A stretch of DNA of 64,000 bases from Haliotis rufescens (taxonomy: Eukaryota), in assembly GCF_023055435.1 (NCBI RefSeq), contig NW_025963890.1, positions 57,350,001 to 57,414,000 of the forward strand, read 5' to 3'. Shown one piece after another: positions 1 through 12,454 of the stretch; the stretch's first letter is position 1, and each line of letters begins with the position of its first letter. The translations under genes and the position numbers were made by a program. The notes below the pieces were generated by a model. It was not told the DNA's origin, made no database searches, and saw only the letters and a list, made by a program, of their open reading frames with translations.

Positions 1-249
1 ATAGCTGTGATGGTTTTGTCAATGTTCCTTATTCAACACTTCATGACGTTGTTGGTGTTGCTCTGGTAACCATTTCTGGTGGATGCGGCGTTGCTTTGGT
101 AACCAATGTCAGACAACAAGATATTGCTGTTGTTAGACTGGTAGACGAAGCATGGGTATTTGTCGTGGGGTAAGCTGGTGCAGAGGCTTGGCCTGGTAGC
201 AAAAATGTATCACGTGCGTCATCGTTAACTTTACTGCTACAACTTCTTT

Positions 250-631
250 TACCACCACACCATTACTACTACTACTGCTGCCGCTGCTACTACTACTGTT
301 ACTACTGCTACCTACTACTGTGTATTGCTGTTGCTTCTACTACTACTTCTTCTTCTACTTCTACTTCTGCTACCACCATTACTACTAATACTGCTGCCGC
401 TTCTGGTAGCAAAAATGTATCACGTGCGTCATCGTTAACTTTACTGCTACAACTTCTTTTACCACCACCACCATTACGTCTACTACTGCTGCCGCTGCTA
501 ATAGTACTGTTACTACTGCTACCTACTACTATTGCTGTTGTTGCTACTACGACGACGACTACTACTACTACCACCACCACCATTACTACTACTACTGCTG
601 CCGCTGCTTCCTACGACTATTGCTTTTGTTG

Positions 632-663
<32 letters not shown>

Positions 664-762
664 GCTACTTCTACTACCACCACCACCTTTGCTACTAATT
701 ACTACTAGTGCTGCTGCTACTGTTATCTACTATTATTGCTGTTGTTGCTACTACTATTACTT

Positions 763-795
<33 letters not shown>

Positions 796-963
796 TTACT
801 ACTTCTACTACCACCGCCACCACCATTCCTACTACTGTTACTACTGCTACTTACTACTACTACTACTACTACTACTTCTACTACTACTACTACTACTACT
901 GTCTACTACTATTGCTGTTGTTGCTACTACTACTACTACAACTACTACTACTACTACTACTAC
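250..963. repeat. (CTA)n-type compound microsatellite in intron 3 of copy 0, including a duplicated splice-acceptor block (193-~300 vs 403-~520)
   Basis: Trinucleotide tract is directly visible. It is the reverse complement of the (GTA)n tract in intron 3 of copies 1-5. Confidence 0.95.
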
Positions 964-1190
964 CCCAGTGGGTATTCCGGTTTAGAATTATAGGTACCCA
1001 GCTGACTGTGCTGGTCGTAATAGATCGGGTGATCACTCTCGTTAACTTGATTATTGCTCAGCGTAATCAGACGGCGGGGATCGTTCCACACAATATCGAT
1101 CACTGTAGATTGTCTGGTCCAGACTCGATTATTTGAAGGGCGCCGTCGCATGGCTTGAAAATTTATAAATGGTGCCTGTAACAAAAAAAC
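963..1190 (+). mobile_element. Degenerate SINE-like element, family B
   Basis: Shares gatcgggtg...gattgtctggtccagactcgattattt with copies at 45588 and 57081. Confidence 0.7.
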
Positions 1191-1356
1191 ATTACCACTA
1201 CCACTGTGGGAATTTCAGTTTAAAATATCCCGGTGCGGGGGCTTTAATGTTACGTGGTAAGGCTTGTTGGTTGATAGAGTGCGCCCTTGATTCTTATGGC
1301 TGAACTGGTGAACGTTGTTTGCGCATTTGTAGGGCCTTGAGCTGGAACAAAATTAT

Positions 1357-4300
1357 ACAAACATTGCAATCTATACGCATTCACAAACATTGCAATCTAT
1401 ACGCATTCACAAACATTGCAATATATACGCATTCACAAACATTGCAATCTATACGCATTCACAAACATTGCAATCTATACGCATTCACAAACATTGCAAT
1501 ATATACGCATTCACAAACATTGCAACCTATACGCATTCACAAACATTGCAATCTATACGCATTCACAAACATTGCAATCTATACGCATTCACAAACATTG
1601 CAATATGTACGCATTCACAAACATTGCAATCTATACGCATTCACAAACATTGCCAGCGAAACGCATTCACAAACATTGCAATCTATACGCATTCACAAAC
1701 ATTGCAATCTGTACGCATTCACAAACATTGCAATCCGTACGCATTCACAAACATTGCAATATATACGCATTCACAAACATTGCAATCTAAACGCATTCAC
1801 ACACATTGCAATCTATACGCATTCACAAACATTGCAATCTACACGCATTCACAAACATTGCAATCTATACGCATTCACAAACATTGCCAGCAAAACGCAT
1901 TCACAAACATTGCAATCTATACGCATTCACAAACATTGCAATCTGTACGCATTCACAAACATTGCAATCCGTACGCATTCACAAACATTGCAATATATAC
2001 GCATTCACAAACATTGCAATCTAAACGCATTCACACACATTGCAATCTATACGCATTCACAAACATTGCAATCTACACGCATTCACAAACATTGCAATCT
2101 ATACGCATTCACAAACATTGCAATCTATACGCATTCACAAACATTGCAATCTGTACGCATTCACAAACATTGCCAGCGAAACGCATTCACAAACATTGCA
2201 ATCTACATGCATTCACAAACATTGCCAGCGAAACGCATTCACAAACATTGCAATCTATACGCATTCACAAACATTGCAATCTATACGCATTCACAAACAT
2301 TGCCAGCGAAACGCATTCACAAACATTGCAATCTGTACGCATTCACAAACATTGCAATCTGTACGCATTCACAAACATTGCCAGCGAAACGCATTCACAA
2401 ACATTGCAATCTACACGCATTCACAAACATTGCCAGCGAAACGCATTAACAAACATTGCAATCTATACGCATTCACAAACATTGCAATCTATACGCATTC
2501 ACAAACATTGCAATCTATACGCATTCACAAACATTGCCAGCGAAACGCATTCACAAACATTGCAATCAATACGCATTCACAAACATTGCAATCTATACGC
2601 ATTCACAAACATTGGAATCTATACGCATTCACAAACATTGCAATCTATACGCATTCACAAACATTGCAATCTGTACGCATTCCCAAAAATTGCCAGCGAA
2701 ACGCATTCACAAACATTGCAATCTATACGCATTCACAAACATTGCAATCTATACGCATTCACAAACATTGCAATCTATACGCATTCACAAACATTGCCAG
2801 CGAAACGCATTCACAAACATTGCAATCTATACGCATTCACAAACATTGCAATCTGTACGCATTCACAAACATTACCAGCGAAACGCATTAACAAACATTG
2901 CAATCTATACGCATTCACAAACATTGCAATCTATACGCATTCACAAACATTGCAATCTATACGCATTCACAAACATTGCCAGCGAAACGCATTCACAAAC
3001 ATTGCAATCAATACGCATTCACAAACATTGCAATCTATACGCATTCACAAACATTGGAATCTATACGCATTCACAAACATTGCAATCTATACGCATTCAC
3101 AAACATTGCAATCTATACGCATTCACAAACATTGCAATCTGTACGCATTCACAAACATTGCAATCTATACGCATTCACAAACATTGCAATATATACGCAT
3201 TCACAAACATTGCAATCTACACGCATTCACAAACATTGCAATCTATACGCATTCACAAACATTGCAATCTGTACGCATTCACAAACATTGCAATCTATAC
3301 GCATTCACAAACATTGCGATCTAAACGCATTCACAAACATTGCAATCTATACGCATTCACAAACATTGCAATCTATACGCATTCACAAACATTGCAATCT
3401 ATACGCATTCACAAACATTGCAATCTGTACGCATTCACAAACATTGCCAGCGAAACGCATTCACAAACATTGCAATCTATACGCATTCACAAACATTGCA
3501 ATCTATACGCATTCACAAACATTGCCAGTGAAACGCATTCACAAACATTGCAATCTATACGCATTCACAAACATTGCAATCTATACGCATTCACAAACAT
3601 TGCCAGCGAAACGCATTCACAAACATTGCAATCTATACGCATTCACAAACATTGCAATCTATACGCATTCACAAACATTGCCAGCGAAACGCATTCACAA
3701 ACATTGCAATCTGTACGCATTCACAAACATTGTAATCTATACGCATTCACAAACATTGCAATCTAAACGCATTCACAAACATTGCAATCTATACGCATTT
3801 ACAAACATTGCAATCTATACGCATTCACAAACATTGCAATCTATACGCATTCACAAACATTGCAATCTATACGCATTTACAAACATTGCAATCTATACGC
3901 ATTCACAAACATTGCAATCTATATGCATTCACAAACATTGCAATCTGTACGCATTCACAAACATTGCCAGCGAAACGCATTCACAAACATTGCAATCTAC
4001 ACGCATTCACAAACATTGCAATCTATACGCATTCACAAACATTGCGATCTAAACGCATTCACAAACATTGCAATCTATACGCATTCACAAACATTGCAAT
4101 CTATACGCATTTACAAACATTGCAATCTATACGCATTCACAAACATTGCAATCTGTATGCATTCACAAACATTGCAATCTGTACGCATTCACAAACATTG
4201 CCAGCGAAACGCATTCACAAACATTGCAATCTACATGCATTCACAAACATTGCCAGCGAAACGCATTCACAAACATTGCAATCTATACGCATTCACAAAC

Positions 4301-6451
4301 ATTGCAATCTATACGCATTCACAAACATTGCCAGCGAAACGCATTCACAAACATTGCAATCTGTACGCATTCACAAACATTGCAATCTGTACGCATTCAC
4401 AAACATTGCCAGCGAAACGCATTCACAAACATTGCAATCTACACGCATTCACAAACATTGCAATCTATACGCATTCACAAACATTGAATTCTATACGCAT
4501 TCACAAACATTGCAATCTATACGCATTCACAAACATTGCCAGCGAAACGCATTCACAAACATTGCAATCTATACGCATTCACAAACATTGCAATCTGTAC
4601 GCATTCACAAACATTGCAATCTATACGCATTCACAAACATTGCAATCTATACGCATTCACAAACATTGCAATCTATACGCATTCACAAACATTGCGATCT
4701 AAACGCATTCACAAACATTGCAATCTATACGCATTCACAAACATTGCAATCTATACGCATTCACAAACATTGCAATCTATACGCATTCACAAACATTGCA
4801 ATCTGTACGCATTCACAAACATTGCCAGCGAAACGCATTCACAAACATTGCAATCTATACGCATTCACAAACATTGCAATCTATACGCATTCACAAACAT
4901 TGCCAGTGAAACGCATTCACAAACATTGCAATCTATACGCATTCACAAACATTGCAATCTATACGCATTCACAAACATTGCCAGCGAAACGCATTCACAA
5001 ACATTGCAATCTATACGCATTCACAAACATTGCAATCTATACGCATTCACAAACATTGCCAGCGAAACGCATTCACAAACATTGCAATCTGTACGCATTC
5101 ACAAACATTGTAATCTATACGCATTCACAAACATTGCAATCTAAACGCATTCACAAACATTGCAATCTATACGCATTTACAAACATTGCAATCTATACGC
5201 ATTCACAAACATTGCAATTTATACGCATTCACAAACATTGCAATCTATACGCATTTACAAACATTGCAATCTATACGCATTCACAAACATTGCAATCTAT
5301 ATGCATTCACAAACATTGCAATCTGTACGCATTCACAAACATTGCCAGCGAAACGCATTCACAAACATTGCAATCTACACGCATTCACAAACATTGCAAT
5401 CTATACGCATTCACAAACATTGCGATCTAAACGCATTCACAAACATTGCAATCTATACGCATTCACAAACATTGCAATCTATACGCATTTACAAACATTG
5501 CAATCTATACGCATTCACAAACATTGCAATCTATACGCATTCACAAACATTGCAATCTATACGCATTCACAAACATTGCCAGCGAAACGCATTCACAAAC
5601 ATTGCAATCTATACACATTCACAAACATTGCAATCTGTACGCATTCACAAACATTACCAGCGAAACGCATTAACAAACATTGCAATCTATACGCATTCAC
5701 AAACATTGCAATCTATACGCATTCACAAACATTGCAATCTATACGCATTCACAAACATTGCCAGCGAAACGCATTCACAAACATTGCCAGCGAAACGCAT
5801 TCACAAACATTGCAATCTATACGCATTCACAAACATTGCAATCTGTACGCATTCACAAACATTGCAATCTATATGCATTCACAAACATTGCAATCTGTAC
5901 GCATTCACAAACATTGCAATCTATACGCATTCACAAACATTGCAATCTATACGCATTCACAAACATTGCAATCTATACGCATTCACAAACATTGCAATCT
6001 ACACGCATTCACAAACATTGCAATCTATACGCATTCACAAACATTGCCAGCGAAAGCATTCACAAACATTGCAATCTATACGCATTCACAAACATTGCAA
6101 TCTATACGCATTCACAAACATTGCAATCTGTACGCATTCACAAACATTGCAATCTATACGCATTCACAAACATTGCAATCTAAACGCATTCACAAACATT
6201 GCAATCTATATGCATTCACAAACATTGCAATCTACACGCATTCACAAACATTGCAATCTATACGCATTCACAAACATTGCCAGCGAAACGCATTCACAAA
6301 CATTGCAATCTATACGCATTCACAAACATTGCAATCTATACGCATTCACAAACATTGCAATCTATACGCATTCACAAACATTGCAATCTGTACGCATTCA
6401 CAAACATTGCCAGCGAAACGCATTCACAAACATTGCAATCTATACGCATTC
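1357..6451. repeat. 26-bp satellite, ~196 copies (acaaacattgcaatctatacgcattc; variant ...ccagcgaaacgcattc)
   Basis: Uninterrupted tandem array with higher-order duplications of 234, 442 and 1378 bp (9, 17 and 53 units). Confidence 0.98.
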
Positions 6452-6738
6452 TTTCTTTTCTCTTTGCAAATATGCGTTATCTGATCAGATTTGGCAACAC
6501 CAATTAGACCATCGTTATGCATTCTAGTATATTTTTCCATTGAAAATTTGTCATGGATTAGTGACATATATTTTGCCCGATACAAGTTCATAGTGAATGT
6601 TCACCGCACTAACCGTATGCTACAAGGCACAGAGAGCTACACAGAGACATATGACTTTCATTTCTATCTGTAAAATGTACAGTTTTACACTAGCATACCT
6701 CAGTATACAGTGAAGTAATCACGTAAATTTCTGAAAAT

Positions 6739-8878
6739 TGGATTGCCTAAAACTCGGGCCAAGAAAAGTCGGGCCGGGCCCGGCCAGCGGGTAATACTAA
6801 AAATGGATTGCAGAATAATAAAACGAAACGTGCATGTCTAGGCATATCTCAAATGTCCAGAAACGTATAGTTTTGCTCATTTAAGTTTGAATCAAAATGC
6901 ATCTTCAGCAATGTAATAAACTGATAATTATAGCTACATACCGAGAGTTCATACCGAAAAGTCAGTGTCTTGGCTGTGTCTTTACTTTGATGAGAAGGTT
7001 TCTCACCGACCTTAGCGTGCAGGGGTGTGTTGTCCTGGGCAGGAATTCGAAATGACAGTGTTTTGACTACTCTTCTTTCATTAAGTAACGTGTTTGGCAT
7101 CCCTAATTAACCTTTACTAATTCGTGTTAAACCAACACAGGATGTTTTCTGCAAGTGGATATTCGCGAATGGCATAGGACTGAAACGACACGTGTTAATA
7201 ACTGTCAAAGCACTTCTAAAATTACAACACATACTTTACATATAGATCTAAAGACTAATATCATATCTACCTATATAACACTTTAGTGTCTCATATTGCA
7301 GTAGCAAACGCGGTGCTCAAAAGTGAAGCCCTTTTCCCTCTACATTCTCTCTATCAGAAGTGTTTGGCTTGTGTTGGGTCCGACTTGAGAATGTGGAGGG
7401 AAAAGGGCTTCACTTTGAGACCCTTGTTTTCTTTAAGTACAGCGATCTGAGACACTATAAAGTGGTATTTAGGTAGATATAACACTAGTCTATAGATGTG
7501 AATCCATTTGAAGATACATCTGTGAGGTTTAAGTTGATTTGGACACCCCGGGCCAAGTCCGACCCAACACAAGCAAAACACTTCTGACAGAGACTATGTT
7601 GAGAATGTAGAGGGAAAAAGGCTTCACTTTGAGCACCTTGTTTTTATTAAGTACAGCGATCTGAGACACTATAAAGTGGTATTTAGGTCGATAAAATACT
7701 AATCTAAAGATGTGAATCCATTTGATGATACATCTGCGAGGTTTAAGTTGATTTTGACAGCCCGGGCCAAGTCGGACCGAACACTTCTGACAGAGATTTT
7801 CTTAAGAAAATACAGTAAAAATGCTTCACTTTGAGCCCCTTGTTTTCTTTAAATACGATGTACCGTGACATTATAAAGTGGTATGTAGGTAGATATAACA
7901 CTACTCTATAGATGTAAACACATTTGAAGATACATCTGTATGTTTAAAGTTGATTTTGACAGCCCGGGCCAAGTCCGACCCAACACAAGCAAAACACTTC
8001 TGATAGAGACTATGTTGAGAATGTAGAGGGAAAAGGGCTTCACTTTGAGCACCTTGTGTTCTTTAAGTACAGCGATCTGAGACACTATAAAGTGGTATTT
8101 AGGTATTTAGATTTTGACAGCCCGGGCCAAGTCGGACCGAACACTTCTGACAGAGATTTTCTTTAGATAATACAGTAAAAATGCTTCACTTTGAGCACCT
8201 TGTTTTCTTTGAATACGATGTACCGTGACATTATAAAGTGGTATATAGGTAGATATAACACTAATCTATAGATGTAAACACATTTGAAGATACATCTGTA
8301 TGTTTAAAGTTGATACTATAAAGTGGTATTTAGGTAGATATAATGCTAATCTATAGATGTGAATCCATTTGATGATACATCTGTGAGGTTTAAGTTGATT
8401 TTGACAGCCCGGGCCAAGTCGGACCGAACACTTGCGTGACTGTTGAGAGTATAGGGAGAAGAGGTCTACTTTAACCAATGTGTCTGCTTTACATACGACG
8501 ATCAGTGACATTATAAAGTGGTATTTACTTATATATAGAACGTTCCTATAAATATAAACGCTATGCTCAGAGATGGAAATTTGTATCACGATAACTAGAA
8601 GTATTTGATACGTTTCAAATCATATTTCGTTTAACGATTGCTCTTTTACATGTTACAAAGATCAGCGACGCTCACACACTGCTCCACTTTCTGGTTTTCA
8701 AGCGATTTAATCCGAATTACTTATTTATGGTGCACTTTTTTGTTTTGTGATTGTTCATTTATGTCATGTGTGTATGTTGCATCAATTATATGTAGGTATG
8801 ATCGCCGATAATGAAGTAATTGGCCAGTAACACTTTGGCCCGTCTTGGCCCGGCCCGGCCCGACTTTTAGGCAATGCC
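6739..8878. mobile_element. Non-autonomous TIR DNA transposon, Mutator-like (9-bp TSD)
   Basis: TIRs tggattgcctaaaactcgggcc / revcomp ggcattgcctaaaagtcgggcc. Direct repeat tctgaaaat at 6730-6738 and 8879-8887. Internal ~180-200 bp tandem units, no transposase ORF. Confidence 0.75.
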
Positions 8879-9291
8879 TCTGAAAATGTTTTCAATATGC
8901 TAATGATATGTACATACACAAAACATGAATGTTTGCTCATTATACAAATTAACGCACTGTTAATACATTTTAATGCCCTGAAATGTCTTGAGTGAGTGAG
9001 TGAGTGAGTGAATTCAGTGGTTTGGCTTTAACAGTTTGAACTATCGAGATTACACTGTACATATAAGGGGAAAGGTCACTGACAGTCAAGAACGAAGTGA
9101 TTCAGACTTTGACACATTGATGAAATCCACCAACTCGGTATCGTGATGACAAACAAGATAGGTTATTATGAGGGATAATAATCGTGTTGCATTCAAACCA
9201 ACAATCCTCAGATTCTGTCACGCCTAAGGTACGCAACTCTACACGCTTCTGCGCGCATATACATATAACAATCTATTTAATCAAAATGTCT

Positions 9292-9454
9292 GAGTGAGTG
9301 AGTACGGTTTTACGCCGCTTTTAGCAATATTCCAGCAATATCACGGCGGGAGACACCAGAATGGCCTTCACACATTGTACCCATGTCGGGAATCGAACCA
9401 GGGTCTTCGGCGTGACGACCGAACGCTTTAACCATTGAAATACCCGACCGACCG
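9292..9454 (-). mobile_element. tRNA-derived SINE, family A
   Basis: A/B box-like head, (TCAC)n tail, TSD caaaatgtct (9282-9291, 9455-9464). The paralogous site at ~16620 is empty. Confidence 0.9.
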
Positions 9455-10859
9455 CAAAATGTCTTAACATACTTTCAACATAAACGTATGTACATTTAGG
9501 TAAAAGTGACTGAACATGGAAGTTTTTATCAATATCACAGCTGATTTTAGAAAATCCATAGTAATAAATTCTTTTGGTTTATGAAATTTTCAAGCATTTT
9601 GTGTTCGATATGAATGATTATATTACCACTCAGAATAATAGAAGGTGCTGATTCGAACAAAATAGCATTAGTTTTATGTTCAGAAATAGATACACGTCAG
9701 TATAAATAGTCTGTTTTTTGTTAGACTCTTATTAAACCTTAGAAAGTCTATTTGGAGTTTTGGACCTGTCTCGATTATCCGACGAAAAAGATACAATTAT
9801 CGTATAGGGCAGACTAGCGGTGAAAAGCATAGAATGGATCGTAGAATAGACTAGAAGTCACAAGGTGTTTCCGTAGTTATGACTTTGAATATACATCTGA
9901 ACAAGGTATTATGTGTCATACAATATAAAAGACATCTTACATATTACGTACTTGTTTAAAAACATTAAAAGTTTGTTTGAACATATATTGCTACAAAATA
10001 ACCTAAAACAGTATGGACTTCCAACACTTAGCCATTAAAATAACATGTTCACTGCAGTTGCTTATAGCGTAACACGAAAAACATTTCACAAACACAATGG
10101 CCTTTTTGTACACATCAATAAATGATTTGAGACTTGCAAACAACCGTCAACAAAGGATAAGATTCCGATGGTATTCTAAATCCCCAAAACTACTACATTC
10201 ATTAAAGCAAGAATGATGTTTCAGAACATCAGATTTCCTGTTTATCAACTTAAAGGGACAAACTTAAATGACATATCAATCATCTATCATTACACTCGTG
10301 TCATCCTTGTAGTATTACAAATCGGCTTGAACGGTTCACTGACACACTTATAGTGTATTACATGATGTCTGTTTCACGCATAAGTAATACGGTCATAGAT
10401 CATGTGTGTAAGAATATACACGTTATTGCTGATAATATGTTTATTGCAGTTGCTTAAAGCGCAACACAACAAAAGAACAGTTAACAAACACAATGGCTTT
10501 ATTTTACAAATAAATAAATACTTTACAATGATAGTCCTTTTATTTAAGACTCAAGGGAAAGCTTCCAATGATATTCTACATCCCCTCAATTACTACAGTC
10601 ATGGTAGGTCGAATCCCACAAACATATTAATTAGGAACATCTGAGTATTTGTTAAACAATTAAAGGTAATCGCGACATGAATAGTACATGTATATCAATC
10701 ATCGATCATAGCACTCGTGTCAGCCTTGTATTATTACAAAACAGCGTGAAGCGCCGACTGACACCTTATAGTGTATTACATGTGATCCATTTGACTCATA
10801 GGTACTGCCATCTTAGACAAGTTGTGTTTGACTTATTGCTGATTCCGTAACGTATGGTT

Positions 10860-10947
10860 TATAAACTGCAGCTGAGCTAGTGATAGTATCATTGGCTTCA
10901 TTAGTTCCAGTAGCACTCTAGTTCGGTACAGGGACAATCCAAGCCAG
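10860..10947 (+). promoter_or_regulatory. TATA box, Inr and non-coding exon 1 of copy 1
   Basis: TATAAA 10860-10865, TCATT Inr with A at 10891 (+31), donor CAG|GTAAAT after 10947. Conserved in copies 2-5. Confidence 0.75.
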
Positions 10948-11146
10948 GTAAATTCTTTGGTTTTATCAGCCCTGATGATACATACGTATTTATACATTGG
11001 CTAGTTTTACTGAAATATCGGAATGCAAGACTGTTGTTACTGATATAGCTGTGTTACATTCATGAACATGAAATAACTGCGATTAATATTGTTTGAGAAT
11101 GCATGTTAAGAATTCTGAACTATACAAAGTATATTTTTCAGACAAA

Positions 11147-12066
11147 ATGAAGATCATATGCCTTTGCATAGCTCTCTTTGGCGCTGCAGCCAATGGTAAG
11201 TAAATACTCGCGTATACATATATACATTACAAATATTAACTACATATCTTTATCTGTGCGAATTAATCAACTGCATAATTATATATAAGTACAGTTTGTG
11301 TTGCGAGTACAGTTCATGAATATTCTCAAAGATAAGACACTGTGCACAATTCTATTGAAATATCATAACTCTAATTATTCTTTTCCAGCTCAAAGTACTA
11401 CACATGCTTATAACAACGTCAACCAGTTTAGTTTCCCTCCAATGAACAGCCATCACAGTCAAGGCAACACTGTATCCACGGCCTATGGTTACCATGGTAA
11501 CAGTATGTCCACCAACAACGGTAACCAAGGTAATTCAGTTTCCAAAGACAACGGTTATAAAGACAACAAGTGATAGTGGCAGTTGTAGTGGTAGTAATAG
11601 TAGTAGTAGCAGTAGCAGTTAAACGATATAAGGAAAGTAATATAAGTATAAGTAAACGATAACTCACATGAAACATCTTTTGCTACCAGCTCAAGCACCT
11701 GCACCAGCTTATCCCACGATGAATACCAACGCTTACCCAATGTCAAACAACTACGCCTCCCAAGCGAATGATTACAATGGTTACCAAAGCAACGTCGCGT
11801 CCACTCAAAATGGTTACCAGAGCAACACCAACAACATCAACTCTTACATGCTTCCAATGATGATGGGTATGGACCAAGGAAGGCACATGGCAACTCTCGG
11901 AATGATGATGAACTCGAGGCAGGGCAACAACATGCTCCCCTTCTACATGATGAACCAAGGGTATGAGAACATGCTGCCCATGATGGCCTTCATGAACCGC
12001 GGCACCCAGAGAGGCCAGAGGATGAACCCCTTCATGATGATGACTCTTCATGAAGCGATGAACTAA
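11147..12066 (+). CDS. Secreted Met/Asn/Gly/Gln-rich low-complexity protein, copy 1 (188 aa; 141 aa if exon 3 is skipped)
   Basis: join(11147..11195,11389..11529,11690..12066). GT-AG phase-1 introns; signal peptide MKIICLCIALFGAAANA|Q; AATAAA at 12219. Confidence 0.85.
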
Positions 12067-12454
12067 AGAATTGACTAAACTGTGATGAAATATTTGAGTG
12101 AACACAAGGGGTTGATTATTTATGTATGTTTATTAGATGGTATCCCGTGATGCACTCTCAAAACGTTGATATCACGAACTATTTATTGACTTATTTATGA
12201 AACAATAATAATTTATTGAATAAACTTTCTTGAATCATACATGCTATATGTTTCTTCTTTTAAACCTATATACCACACGTGACGAATTGATGATACCGTT
12301 ACGTTACATTCGTTCAAACACACTCATTCACTAAATCTAGATCATGAACAGCGGCAACGAGAGAGGCTTTGACGTGACAATACATTTACAGTGTCGCCGT
12401 ATTGATGATACTGTTCATTACGTTCATTCCACATGATTAATTCACAAAGTGGGG

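Larger units (their letters stand above)
41..6661 (-). pseudogene. Inverted, frameshifted paralog (copy 0) of the secreted Met-rich protein family
   Basis: Minus strand has three exons. Signal exon 6667-6614 (ttacag|atagaaATG AAA GTC ATA TGT CTC TGT GTA GCT CTC = MKVICLCVAL; 48 nt instead of 49, giving early TAG; donor ACG|gttagt). Exon-3 homologue starts at 1341 (ttccag|CT CAA GGC CCT ACA AAT GCG..., frameshifted). Exon-4 homologue 192-41 (ttgctaccag|GC CAA GCC TCT GCA CCA GCT TAC CCC ACG..., frameshifted; homology stops before the Met-rich domain). Confidence 0.85.

Noticed and set aside
308-1136. Poly-L/Y/T/V ORFs
   Set aside because: Translations of the (CTA)n microsatellite.
1357-6451. 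CRISPR-like array (constant repeat plus variable segment)
   Set aside because: The variable part is only ~8 bp with a few recurring states, not unique spacers. No cas genes; eukaryotic context.
1319-6527. Long ORFs (up to 644 aa) of HSQTLQSIRIHKHCNLYAFTNIAIYT repeats
   Set aside because: Artefact of a stop-poor 26-bp satellite. All three frames give the same peptide, there is no gene structure, and the array lies in the intron of a minus-strand pseudogene.
11668-11689. ORF-track starts such as MKHLLLPAQ / MLPAQ / MRYGFCLTAQ
   Set aside because: These lie in intronic polypyrimidine/acceptor sequence; the real start is the upstream signal-peptide exon.
11690-12066. Neuropeptide precursor interpretation (repeated ...QG / ...RG)
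   Set aside because: No KR/RR dibasic cleavage sites or G-K/R amidation pattern between modules.
11743-12105. His-rich antisense ORFs (MKSHHHEGVHP...) opposite every copy
   Set aside because: Shadow of ATG-rich coding sequence (CAT = His); no independent promoter or splice signals, and variable ends.
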